A DNA stretch of 63,686 bases, filler included, from Octopus bimaculoides (taxonomy: Eukaryota), in NCBI RefSeq assembly GCF_001194135.2. It is 4 parts of 4 records of this genome, joined end to end, with 100 filler letters (N's around TTAATTAATTAA, not from the genome) between each part and the next. Parts side by side here need not be neighbours in the genome. Positions count along the whole stretch, not along the records: positions 1 to 30,624 come from NC_068995.1; 3 more parts are not named here. The stretch is one strand, 5' to 3'. Below the pieces are notes generated by a model. It was given only the letters and a program-made list of their open reading frames with translations, was not told where the DNA came from and ran no database searches. The position numbers and the translations under genes are program-made. Below are positions 1-14,211 of this stretch, one piece after another (positions within the stretch are counted from its first letter, which is position 1; the number at the start of each line of letters is the position of its first letter).

Positions 1-33
<33 letters not shown>

Positions 34-704
34 CATATACATATATATATGTGTGTATATATACAAGAAAAATAACTCAAGTGTTTAATATATACATACA
101 TACACACACCCATATACATACATCCACATATCCATATATGTGTGTGTGCATGCATACATATACATATACACACACCTATATATACATACATATATATTTT
201 TCGTACACACACACACACACATACACATATATACACATACACACATGTACACATACATATACATACATAAACAGACATACACGCATACGTACATATATAT
301 ATGTAGGAATAAAGTATGCAATTATAACATGCGTTTTCTCCAATCCTTAAATTCTTATATATATATATAAATAGATAGATAGATAGATATGTATATATGT
401 ATATATATATATATATATATATNNNNNNNNNNNNNNNNNNNNNNNNNNNNNNNNNNNNNNNNNNNNNNNNNNNNNNNNNNNNNNNNNNNNNNNNNNNNNN
501 NNNNNNNNNNNNNNNNNNNNNNNNNNNNNNNNNNNNNNNNNNNNNNNNNNNNNNNNNNNNNNNNNNNNNNNNNNNNNNNNNNNNNNNNNNNNNNNNNNNN
601 NNNNNNNNNNNNNNNNNNNNNNNNNNNNNNNNNNNNNNNNNNNNNNNNNNNNNNNNNNNNNNNNNNNNNNNNNNNNNNNNNNNNNNNNNNNNNNNNNNNN
701 NNNN

Positions 705-738
<34 letters not shown>

Positions 739-2681
739 GAATACCATTATCACTGGTGATGGGTTATGGGTTTATAATCTCTGCTCGATGCTTTCGATCA
801 TCATACGTGGAAACGAAAATCCATCGAGCCCGCACTACACATCTGTACTCTAGGCGTATCAGTTGGGAACTGACGCGGCCTCTCATCATGAAAAGCTTTA
901 CACGTGCAGAAGAAGGTTGGTGTCACCTCACATCCATAGAATTGTGTGCACACGACATGAGCTTAGGTGGGAAAAATATAGTCGGATATTGTTTGAACGC
1001 AGCTTGTATGCTTTAATTATATTTTCAGTAGCACAGTATAAGAAATTTCATATACTCACATTATTATAAATATGTTTCTGAGCTTGTTTGTGTGTCTGTA
1101 TGTGACTGTCCTTGTGTATGTGCGCGTATGTTTGTATATGTACGCTAGTGTGAGTGCTCGCGCGTACGTGTGTTTGTACGTGTGCATGGTCCTGTGTTTG
1201 CATGTGAGTGCTTAAATATTCCTCTATGCGTGTATAAGCAAGAAAACTGTGTTTATAAATATTACGATCTCTCCGATGCTAAACGACGTGCATATATGTT
1301 GGATACGCCAAGAAAATTCTCTGTAAATAGTTAAATCTCTGGACGTTGAATTATGTCTTTATCGTCTGAAATGGATATCGTGCGCAAAGTAACTTTAAGA
1401 CTTTTACATCTGCCAGAATAGCGTAAGCGTGAATAAAGCACGATCTGTGATTAGTTATCCTATAATATTTGAATTTGCTTTCCATGATTGATATAATTGG
1501 CTATCTTTACAATGCCAATTACGATAAGTAGTTCCCTGAACGGATGATTCGATAGTGAAAACGGTGAAGTGTTTCTATACAATTTGCGCTATTGAGCACT
1601 GCTGAATCTACACGAAACGGCTGAGCTTTCAAATTGACAGAATTTAAATTAGAATACCTTATGTAATTAACTTGCTTTCTTTTCGACGACTACAATTGGC
1701 TGTAGAGAAAAGAATTACTTCAGGCTTTCTACAACAGCAACTTGTCGAGAAACGCATTTCGTTATTTCGCTACACCCGCTGGTGCTTCTGTAACGATACG
1801 CCAGGTAACCTGTAGGCAAACAGAACGTAAGTTTACTGGGACAAAGACTCTTGCTCTAAACAATGTATACCTGTCTATGATATGTCTATCTATATTATTA
1901 CCTACGTTAAAAGATGATATTCATTTCTCTATCACCAGTCTTTAACCATGCACGCGCTAATCAGTTGTTAAATGTAACTGAGTACATGAACCACTAATTC
2001 TAAACAAACTAATGTATATATCTGTGTGTGTGTGTGTTTCTGTGTTTGTGTGAGTTTATGTGCGTGTGCGTGTGTGTGTGGGTGTGTGTTTGTGTACACA
2101 GATACAAGCACAAGCATATATCGTAAGATATTTCTTAATAGGGAAGGGGAGCTCTAACTCATTGTATACAGCTGGTATATAAATCATTCAGTACTTAAAT
2201 ATTACTGAGATCGATAGCTTGATTTGAATATAAATGCTTATGATGACTCGTTATTAATTAAAATTACATATGTATTTTATTCATAATGCAATAACTGAAA
2301 TCGTGTTGGATGGGCTTCTGAGTGCATTTTATCTGAGAAAACTCAGCTTTTCTGTAAGAAAACTCAGCTTCTTTTTTCCGCACAACGAAAGAATAGCAAG
2401 TATATATTTATAAACGTATTGATTACTATCTGTTTCTAATATTTGCAATTTATTGCAGTCCATCCCATTGACATTGTGCTGTGTGTAAAATATAATTGTT
2501 TTGATATGCATACGCGCATGCATATGCATTCATGTTACATATGTTCGTATGTGTGTATATATAATTTTCTTTCTCTCTCTCCCTCTCCCTCTCTCTTTCG
2601 CTTACTCTCCCTTTACATATTTGTATACACCCCCCCCNNNNNNNNNNNNNNNNNNNNNNNNNNNNNNNNNNNNNNNNNNNN

Positions 2682-2712
<31 letters not shown>

Positions 2713-4209
2713 TATCTATGTATGTACAAATGCATATATGTGTGTGTGTTCTGCTATACATTCTATATATTCATAGAGTGTGCTTCCATTATGTGTACGT
2801 GTTACATTTTATTTCAATATATTTCATCTTATGGCTATCCGGTGCGATTATGAGTCTAATCATACACCATTTTAGTTAATATCTTTATGTTTCTTTTAAA
2901 GAATTTATCGCCGAAAGCTCGCGAAGAATAACATATAGTATACGTTATTGATTATTAATAGAAAAATGTTCTTAAATTAATGAAGATTATGCGGTTGTAC
3001 TTTAAAAATATTTTTTTTTTCATCTTTTAATTTCAGATTTATATATAAGATATTCTTTTCAATGTTAGAATTAACTCTATGAGTATTATATACACGTTGC
3101 TCTTAACAGAATTGAAAATGAGTGGTTTAGGAGAATGTTGTACGAAAAAGCGAACGGTGCATATTTTCATAGATTTAAGAAGCAGAAAAAATTCACAGAG
3201 AAATGTTCTATGGTGAGTTGAAGGCATGTTTATGTGCTATTAAAATAACCCAATAAATTACCGCGAATATTATTATAACACTGACTGAACAGGTTCTAGC
3301 GATAAATATTTGCTCAATCGTACGAAGCAATCACTGTGCAGGCACAGTGAAATGACCATAAATATCCGATGTCTTATCGAGGTAGTCGGAATGTTGTCGA
3401 CAGGTACTTGCCACTTTAGTATATCTGACATATTCGAAGACATTTAACGAGAATCCTTGCTCTTTACGACGTGACGTATAAATCTGTACATGTATATGTA
3501 CATACGTTTATTCGTGAATGTGCCTGTCTGTGTGCGTGCCTTGTGTGTGTGCGTGTGTTTGTGTGTGTATGTGTATGGGTGCCTGTAAGTGTGTACCGAT
3601 GCTTGTGTGTGTTATGTGTCAGTAAATCTATAAAAGTAAATGTTCAAGACGAGAGCTAAAAGTACACTTCAGACCCGGCAATAAAAAAGGTAATAAATAT
3701 GTTATATATTGTTTTCCATTAAATCATCCTCATCATCCTGCTTGGATACAATACTGTATTTCACGACAAGGGATGTGGCACGTAGAAAAGTGCGGTTGTT
3801 TTTAAACACCAGAATGTATTTCAGTGTTGAAGCATGTACAGGTAGAGGCACGCACGAACACACAAAAATTCACACCCATACAAACAAGCATATTCAAATG
3901 TATGTGTGAATGTATATATACATGTATGAGTGCATATATACAAACATACGTATAAACATATCTACATATATACATTTATATATATATATATACACATACT
4001 TATATATATATGTATACATAAACATATATACAAATTTTTGCTTAAAATCTCACAGGCACACAGAGACATACGTAGATGTGTATAAGCCTTTTAATACGTC
4101 TGCGTGCTACAGTACGAATGCACTTCATGGAGGACTTAAATGCTATTAGTGAATTCAATATACGTAAACATTGTTGAACCCCATATCTTGCATATATAAT
4201 ACACTCACA

Positions 4210-4253
<44 letters not shown>

Positions 4254-4299
4254 ATAAAAAAAATATCTGTATATTATTCGTGTGTGTGCGCACATGCGG

Positions 4300-6340
4300 A
4301 TGAGTGTGTGTGTTTGTGCTTATCCCATCTCCACCGTTTTTGAATATCTGTTGGACTCTTTATGTCCCTGTACCTTTACCAGTTTGACAACGAAGTTGAT
4401 AAAATATGAGACTAAGAAAAATAGTAAGTATAGTATCGAGATTGCTTTCTTTGACAAAAATCTTGAACTTCTCTTTTCCAAGGATGTCCGCAGTTCAGGA
4501 AAACAAATGAGGAAAGATAAAAAATAATAAAAAAGCTAGGAAACTAGTTTAGGTGTGAAAAGCAGTTGTAGGAACTGATTAAAGTTGGAAGAGGAGTTGA
4601 TAGTAAAGGATAAGTACGTTGAACAAACAAAATTTATATACGAAGATATCTGCCTCTATTGTAATATCGAGTGAATGCTACTAGTAAGAAGACCACTAGT
4701 AAGAGCCACAGCTCTTCCACAGTTTGTATGTTTAATCTGAGTATTAACTAAACAAATACAGAATAACTAAACAAAAGACTTAGCAAAATTGTTTGTATTT
4801 TCCTAATGCACTTTTTCTTTATTTTGTATTATCTGTCTCTTAATACGGTCTTTTACGAGATCCTAAAGCGCATGTTACTCTCTTTCAAATGCCGCGTGTA
4901 TTTTCATGAGTAACATTTTTATCTCCTGGCTAAATATAAAATATTGTTGGCATTATGTTTGATTAAAAGTATTCGTATTTATACCAATATGGAATTGAGA
5001 AAATGCATGGTAGGTCTTAAAAATGTACTTAGCTATTTTCCTTTGGAGGCGCCTATGTAGTTATTTGTCCGATTGCAAGTAGATAGAGTGCTTGCATTGT
5101 TAGTGTGGATAAGTATTTTGTAGATTTCTTGATCGCTTGTGAAAAATGTCAAGAAGCTCTATATCAGAGTTTAACATCGTTTTAGATATTTTGTAATGAT
5201 TTTGGTGTTCGAGAAAATATTTCCAAATGGTTTTAGCAATTAAGGAGGAAACTTTTACACTGAAAGTTATGTTATGTAAAATGGCTAATATTCCCGAGTT
5301 CTGCTATTTTTCTTTTCTTCCTCAGATTAATGATTCGCTGAATAATTTACCGTTAGATGACGATCTTATTTGTTTGTTTCTCTGATGCTTTATATTTTCT
5401 TTTTGGACTAAATGTGTTGTCTGATAAATCATGCGTTGGTTCATTTTATAAGTTGTCAACAGATTTTCAGGTTAAGGGTTTCATTTTGGGTTTCAGTGAT
5501 GCCGGTGCTGTAAGTAGTATTCATGATAATATATAATAGCGTATGTCGAAGTAAAAAACAAATATTTCAGAGAGAAGCGTCAGTTATAGATGTAAACCAA
5601 ATATTGACAACTTGCATGCCATGCATCTTTCTTTTGTATGAAATGAAACATATTCTAATGTATCTGTGCATGCTCACATAACTTTTAATTAGATGATTGA
5701 GTGGAGGATATGCACACATACGTATAATTGTAAAATTAATCAGGTTACACGGCATATTGTGAGGCCACACGCTTATTATATGTAACCCAGTGCGGTCTTT
5801 TAAATGTTTGTGGCAGTACTAGCAAAGATTTTCACTCTTACAAGTTTAACTTGAGAAGGGGATAACTTGGAGTTCAACCAGTGGAATCAAACATCTACCA
5901 AAATTTCATAACTTATAAAAAATTACATGGTATCTATAGAGGAGATGGTTAGCGGATACACTATAAAATAATGTAAGAATAGTGCTCTTGAATTTTGGTA
6001 AAAGTAGGAGAATTTTACCTACATCCAGTTGTAATATTCATTGATCTTTGTACTTGAGCATATTTTTGTTTTTTCACATCACCAATTATACTCCATATCT
6101 TCTTTTATTGCAAATATCTGGGATCCCACCGATGTGCTTGTTAACATAGAAACTTTCTTGTTGCTTATTAACGCATTATTGTTTCTCTAAATTGTACCTA
6201 GGTATGGTGGAAGGGTTGTTGCTTCTGTCAGTGCATTTAGCAAATCTCAAATTGTATCATGTTTTTGAGTTATTTCAGAGTCGATCCCTAGGTTTCTGAG
6301 CAAATTGCCTAGTGCATTGTTACGTTCGCCCTGCGACAAA
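4300..6340 (-). mobile_element. Decayed Penelope-like element fragments (possible)
   Basis: Minus-strand remnants KYFLEHQNHYKI, NYIGASKG (YIG of GIY-YIG), and ATTL..Y / KNML-like C-terminal pieces at 6040-6340. A decayed hammerhead-like CTGTGGA A GAGC tgtg GCTC lies near 4700-4725. Confidence 0.35.
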
Positions 6341-6566
6341 CAGATACCCAATTTATATTTCCAATGGTTTTCTGGCGTGATGTGTGTATGTTGCTACTGG
6401 TACCATCCATACATTGTATGACCTATTCGTGTGTGGTTCGAGCTTTTTAACCACTACAGAAGTTTCTATAAACGAGTACCCTCTAGTGTGTGGCCTAGAT
6501 GGCCAATACAAATTTTGAATGAACTCCATCATCTTTATACACACACAGTCACACATATATATATAC

Positions 6567-6608
<42 letters not shown>

Positions 6609-8234
6609 NNNNNNNNNNNNNNNNNNNNNNNNNNNNNNNNNNNNNNNNNNNNNNNNNNNNNNNNNNNNNNNNNNNNNNNNNNNNNNNNNNNNNNNNNNNN
6701 NNNNNNNNNNNNNNNNNNNNNNNNNNNNNNNNNNNNNNNNNNNNNNNNNNNNNNNNNNNNNNNNNNNNNNNNNNNNNNNNNNNNNNNNNNNNNNNNNNNN
6801 NNNNNNNNNNNNNNNNNNNNNNNNNACATTATATCTATTCATATTTAGTATTTGTAGTGCGAGGTACGTTAATTTAAATTGCTTGGACACTATAATTAAT
6901 ATTTGATTAAAATCAGCAGTTGATTAGATTATTTCTTTTCAAGAATCGTCTAATAAACTTTTACGCCAGAAGACATGCACCTTTTTGGTTTAATAAGAAA
7001 GTCACGTTTCTTTAAAGAACCCACGCTTTTATCTTGTCTTTTCATTCCACTCATTTTCAACGCTTTATACCGTTTTGTTACCATGGTGAACTGGTCCTCT
7101 TGCTCAGTTAGCGGAAAAGAAGCCAAACATAAACGATTTCAATTTACTTCCTGACATCTAGCATAACAAACTGGAGCTAATCTAATTGATTCATTAATGA
7201 ACCAAATATAATACTGCAATTTCCTGTGATGTTTAGATTATGCTTCATTTTCCCGGTGCTTTCTTTTTGCTCTGAAATGTTTCCTTTATCTAGAAGCAAT
7301 CATGAAACCTCCCAGACGGCGGTTGCATTTAATCTGTTATGGCACCCTGTACCACCCAGCTCTTTGGCTTCTAAAACTTTTTGATTTTACTAAGATTACA
7401 CAGATTATTTAGGAAAGCGGAAATATTATGCGTACTGATTATATATACGATTATTCTTGACAAAAACCAATGTTATCAATTACATTGCGTCAAACGACAG
7501 TTTTATGATAAAAGTTAAGAAAGTTTAAAGATGCGTAAAAATGCTTTTAGAATGATAACGTGTTTTAGATCACATAGATTAATTAGATTAGAAAGCAAAC
7601 ACATGACCAGTTATTCTACCTTACGTCGAAACACTTTTCCTTAAATTGAATTAGCCTTCAATGAAGAGGTCATGCTGATGTGTGAAACGAAAAGAGGTAA
7701 AATACATAATGATCGCTTAGTCTTCTACTCATAAGAAGTAAAAGGATCAGTGATGTTTTTCGGTATCCATGACTATTTCAAGCAAGCCCATACATTATAA
7801 TTTACTTATAACAGATAATATGATCCGCAGAGTGGAAATACAAACTGATCCTAAAAATACTACATCTAATATTGCACGAATTATTAAGCCCACAGTGATA
7901 GAAATTTGGAGTAGTAGTGAATTGACACAGTTGGAGATCGATATAGAACCAAGCTGGAAAATATTTTCCTTTTATTATATTGCCAGTTGTAGGCTTTCCA
8001 GATCGCCTGTCTCAAAATAACACCTTCAGAGTCTGTTGGATATTCGGTAAAATCTCAAAGGCACGGCCCTTTCTGCAGTGATTAAACGATTTAAATATTT
8101 GACAGCGGTTCACGTTTCCTAAACATTTGGTTAACTTCCGACCTTCTAATGTTTCATTCTGTTTGCCATCAGATCACAGACATGGTGCTGTTCGTCATAA
8201 CTGTTATCTGCTTCTCACTTTTTTTTTAAGTTAA

Positions 8235-8550
8235 AAAGTGGCACTCCGTCGGTACAACGAGGTGGGTTTCAGTTGAACCGGTAAACGGAACAGCCTGCTC
8301 GTGAAATTAAAGTGCAGGTGGCTGAGCACTCCTCAAACAGGAATACCCTTAACATAGCTCTCAGAGAGATTTAGTGTGACACAGAATGTGACAAATCTGA
8401 CCGTTTGAAATAAAAGTACAACTCATATTTGCAAGCTGAATGGACTGGAGCAACGTGAAATAAAGTGTTTTACTCAACGCGCCGCTCGCAATCGAACTCA
8501 CGATCTTACTACCGTAAACCGAATACCCTAACCACTTAGTCACGCCATTT
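8235..8550 (-). mobile_element. tRNA-derived SINE family D; second copy at 34085-34390
   Basis: The two copies are collinear (gtggcactc.gtcgg...gaactcacga...ccctaaccact) and have a tRNA-like head on the minus strand related to family C. Confidence 0.8.
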
Positions 8551-9113
8551 CTCATTGCAACATTCAAAATCCAATGGGAATTATTCCGCGAAAGTGGAAT
8601 GAATGGGTTTTTGCTTGTGAAATAATATACATTACAGAAAAGAATGAACAGAACGCTATAATATTAAATCACGTATATTGCTATGCGTCTGCATATGTGA
8701 AGACACCGAAGGAGCTACAGGATTTCCCTGTATGTTAGTATGTTAGTATATGTGCTTGCATTGATATCTGACAGAGCTGATTTGGAATTATGAATAATAG
8801 AGTGTAAAATATGACAATGCATTATAAAACTAACAAGAATTCTCAGCGAGTCTTCTACATTCATTAACGAAGCAAGTTTCGATATAAATATGAAAATATG
8901 ATATTATTATAGTTACAAAAGTTAGATTACTGACAATGTACCTTGGTCATAAATGGTATGGGTAATTGTATGTGATACATATACTCGTCTACCACTGACA
9001 AGACCAAGGAAAGTCGGAATCACATGAGCTAGTAGTCTCCATATTGGCAATAGTAGGTTATTTATTTACCCACTAGTGATGTAAACAAAAGTGCCGGTAG
9101 CAAATTTAATACA

Positions 9114-9145
<32 letters not shown>

Positions 9146-9799
9146 ATGATATAATGCATTTATATCTTAAAAAGTATATGTAAATGTAAGATGATACAAG
9201 CAGCATACTAATGAGAGTTTTGAGGCTTTTGCTCTTCATATACACTCTGGTATTGAAAGGTACAGCGTACGGAAACAGTTCAAGCATTTAAGAACGTACA
9301 GTGATTCAAATTTCCATGCAATATATTTTATATACAAATATGGCGAATATCATTTCATTATGTTTATTGCATGACTGTGGTTTTAACCACATGTGAATAA
9401 TACTTTCTCCCAGCATATTTTGTTATTCGACTGTTGAGATGTTTTATAAAAACACGAGAATTATGTACACTTTCGTTTCCTGAACAAAAAGAGAATATAT
9501 ATTTTCTTGTTGCAATACGACATTTAGAGACAAGAATTGCAAGAATTTTGCTTCCAAATTGTATGCTAAAACCGATATCATTTTATTTTGAGATAGTCAT
9601 ATTATATCCTATAACCATGGTTACCGTTTGTGAATTAGTTATTGCTGATTATTTTCCATGAAATTTACGTCACACTTTTCCTGAGAACTCGATGATAGCT
9701 TTATAAGTGTGTGTGTGACCGTGTGCACCTGCTTGCACTTCTGTATGTCCCTGTGCGTATACACACACACATACCCACACACACACGGAGAAAGATGTA

Positions 9800-9851
<52 letters not shown>

Positions 9852-11380
9852 CATGCATGTGTGTGTGATTTGCTTCAATTGTTTTACGTTATTAAGTATT
9901 ATATGGGTTGTCTTTTACAATTTATATCACAGATAGATATAGGCACGGTTTGTATATATACTATATAGTCAATTTTATTTGTTCCTATTCAGTGTTAAGA
10001 TTTCGTATAAAGATGAGGTTTTCCCATTTATAACTTACATTCATTTGCCTAAAATCTACTGTGGTATTATGTAGTACACTCAAGCATATATTCTTCTCCG
10101 CAATCATGAGCATTTGCGTATATGCTTCAGTGAATGTATGTGTATTTGCACCTAGTTTTGAAGCAGTATATCTTCATATATATGAATGCGTGTTGACATA
10201 CAAGTGTGTGTGCGCGTATGCACCTCTATGTACAACAGAATCCTTTTATTTCAATTTACTATTCCATGACAGACCGTGTCTTCCCTGATGTGTAGGCCTC
10301 TTGATCAGAACGGATTTCTGCATTATTCAGGGCAATTCAGAATATCACGATATACAAAGCTTTTTCTGTTTCTATCTGGTGCATACATGTAAAGATATTT
10401 CTTACTTATTACGACTGAACATCCAACGGTAAGCTGATCATGGATGAAGCTGGGATCTTCAAGGTGTAAACCGTCAACTAACAATGTTTTTCTCACGACT
10501 TCTTTATGACTGTTGCAAAATAAAGAATCACTGGAAGTCGTTTGAATTGAAATGGCACATCGTCTCCTGAGTCTCTGCGACGAAGGTTCTTCTACATTTA
10601 TCATCTAAACGATGCATCATACGCTTGGGTGTTGGCTCAGACCATGCGACGGAGACTCCCCTTACTGGTCTGGCATCTACAGACTAGTTTCACGGTGTTT
10701 GCCCCTTATCAATGTAGAGCAGCCAAACGCAGCAGGCCGTGGCTACTGACCGTCTGTACGAAGGATTATTTACCTAAATACAGTGGAATACATCCACTTG
10801 TTTTCAAAAATATGAATATTCTTACAATTCTCTAATTCTTTCCTTCTTTCTATCCACCCTTTCAGGCTTACTTCGTTCATTCCACTCTTCGATCTTTCGT
10901 TCTCCCTCTCTCACATTTCCTTACCTTCTTTTCATGCTCACTTTCCCTCGTCTTTTCACTTCACTGTGTCCCTGTCATTTTTTCTCACCCCTCCTAATTT
11001 CTTCTGTCCCACCGCTTCTACCACTCTTTCTTCTCTCCCCACGCGATCGATGGTCGGCCAAGCCTAATCTTTCTTTATTGGTTCGGCCGCGGTCCGTGCA
11101 ACATCTACATTCCTCCCTGTGCCTGTGAAATCATGTATCCCTGCTGTAAGGTATTACTTCCACACACGCCAGCTTAATCTAATTCGTTGTTAGTCGAAAG
11201 ACGCCTGTCGTTATGTCCTGTCCTCGCCCCTCCTAATTTCTCCTGTCCCTCTGCCTCTACCTCTCTGTTTTCTCTCCCCACGTGACTGAAAGAAATAAAT
11301 GAATAAAAGAAAGAAGTAATATGTGTGTGTGTATTGTATGTATATATATGCATATCGTATATATATATATATAGTATATA

Positions 11381-11411
<31 letters not shown>

Positions 11412-13929
11412 NNNNNNNNNNGTATTACTTCCACACACGCCAGCTTAATCTAATTCGTTGTTAGTCGAAAGACGCCTGTCGTTATGTCCTGTCCTCGCCC
11501 CTCCTAATTTCTCCTGTCCCTCTGCCTCTACCTCTCTGTTTTCTCTCCCCACGTGACTGAAAGAAATAAATGAATAAAAGAAAGAAGTAATATGTGTGTG
11601 TGTATTGTATGTATATATAAATATAAAACATGGAACAAAAACGCAATAGCGGACAACAAAATGCGGACATGAAAAGCAATTAGAGGGACAAGAAAAAAGG
11701 ACCTGTATTCGCGGCCTTCTTTCGTCAATCAAGTTACCAGATGTTCTTACAGTCTCAGGAGGAGTAGGGGCAGTGAGATTGAAGGATTACTAAAACAAAT
11801 CAAAGAGAAAAAGGGGAAGTAAGCGAGGAGGAGGTCAAGAAATATCAGAGATGGGTAGCGAGAAAAAGAGGGAGAAAGTATGAGGGGGACTAAAAGACAG
11901 TAAAATAATTGTACAAAATTTAGATATATACTTACTATAAGGGGAGCAAAGATGTACGTACGCCATTATATGTATACATGCATATATACCAGCATACATA
12001 CATACATACATACATACATACATACATACATACATAAATACATACATATCGTCAGAAAATGAAGTGAAGATACTGTTTCCATTCAGAATTTTCTCATGGA
12101 AATATGCAAAGAGACTATCATTTATGCTTGTTTTCTTTCTATCCCTCTTTATAAGCTTTCTCGTATTGTTGTTGTAGAGATAGGTATCGAATATAATTTA
12201 GTATTCATTTCATAATATTTATGCACAAAATTTATGTTGGCGTCTGTCGTAAGTCCACGCTTAGCTTATCATGTATTCAGAATAATTCATTTGAGTAAAA
12301 TCTCTTGAGATGCACCACATACTTGTCTACAAAAATTATTAAAATACTGGTTTTTGCCATGACATTGATTTCGCAGTTTTGTTTTTTACTGCAAAATTTA
12401 AACCCAGAAAATCTTCGTACACATGCTGTGAAATCACCTTGTTGTTTCAGAAATTTCTCATCTGCAAAAGAAGGGGGGAAAAAAAGGAAATGAAGGGTCT
12501 ACCTAATTAGCGTGTATTTCATTATTTTGAACTGTCGAACACAAATCCCTTGGAGGATTTGCATTCGACAGAATAATGATTACATTTCAAAATGTATTTA
12601 GTCGATATTTAATAGAATAGAGAACAATAAATACTATTTTATGTATTTTTACCTGGATTTATTCACACTTTTATTTCTTCATATTCACCATTTTTAAAAA
12701 TCTCATTAGCTGTTGGATTTATGATCAACAATTAAAGAGGTCGCTTATACTATGAAAATGTTTTAGCCTGACAAAGTTATTCAATTAAGGACTAAAGCTA
12801 ATCAAACATTGCAACGTGATTCCGAAGTCGCCAACCCAAAAAGGAGTCGTTTTGTTTTGTTTGTTTTACTCTTTATCTGCAACCGGACCGAAAATAGAGA
12901 GAGATTCAAAAGATAGACTGGATTTTAAGATGATGGTGCAAGTTCATGTCATTTGAAAATTATTTTCCAGTAGACCGAGACCTTCACTTTTGCTTTAATA
13001 TTGTCTCAGTTAGATTCGAGTAGGTTGTTAGATAATTAATATATAGGCATTTATTCTATGCAACTCACTTTAGGGAAATATCATATTGCTGTTGATAAGA
13101 AGAAGAAGCTTTTGCGATAATCATAAATTTGTAGAATTATTAACTCAGAACGTAAATAGAAATTACAACAAAAGTAGAACAAAATGACACAGAATCTCCC
13201 TGCATAAGTGGAGATTGTAATAAATATGTGAATGAATTATCGTCTGTAAAGCTTGTTTTGCAACCTGAATGTCGGTCACATTATCTAGTATGGAACAGAA
13301 AATACTCTGCGAAGATTCTATTGTACACAAATATTTCATACTTTAAAATGTCGCTTATTACGAATATATATTCCAAAGAAAGTTCACGAAATATTATAAC
13401 GAATGAATGAATAGTATTAAAAGAAAGTGAAACTTGTATAATTTATCGCTATTACGTATTGTCAATTATTTAAAAATAATGTTGTGAGCGTTATAACAAA
13501 GCTAATTCTAAAACGCTTTTCAATGAATTTAATACTCTGACAGAAGATTCGAAATAAATTATTGCATTATATCTTTTCTTCAGAAATATATATTTTCACA
13601 AGGTAGAAAACGTAACAGCGATTTGTAAAGAATTTGTAGTCGTATCTGCATAGTTTATGAAAATTTTCATGAAGCGCACCTAAAAGAGAATTTGGAAATA
13701 TGGTAATGGGAAGGAAATAACCAACAGAATATCATTCAACAATTTTTCTGGCCTTATTATTACAAGAATGTGTTAAACAGATGACATACCAGTCACATTT
13801 AAAGTCTCTCTATATATCAATATATAGACATACAACTGCTTGTTGTTTATACACCTGTCTTCGTCTTATGTTTTTCTATAAATTTCAACTACACGTAAAT
13901 ATTATATATTTGTGTGTATGTGTGTGTGT

Positions 13930-14136
13930 GTATGTTTGTGTGTCTGTGTTTGTACACCTAACATCGCTTGGCAACCGATTCTGGTGTGTTTACGTCACCG
14001 TAACTTAACGGTTCGGTAAAAGAGACCAATAGAATAAGTACTAGGCTTACAAAGAATAAGTTCTGGGATCGATTTGTTCGATTAAAGGCGGTTCTCTGGC
14101 ATGGCCGCAGTGAAATGACTGAAACAATGAAAGAAA
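13930..14136 (+). mobile_element. SINE family A, 3' half
   Basis: Matches 40440-40631. Confidence 0.8.
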
Positions 14137-14176
14137 ACAATAAGTGTAAATATTTATATTTATTTATTTATATATT

Positions 14177-14211
<35 letters not shown>

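Noticed and set aside
10323-10604. 93-aa minus-strand ORF in GC-balanced sequence
   Set aside because: No recognisable motif and no convincing splice acceptor; it cannot be supported as coding.
11151-11620. Exact ~200-bp tandem duplication (11151 onward versus 11422 onward)
   Set aside because: The identical copies directly flank a 10-N gap, so this is most likely an unmerged contig overlap.
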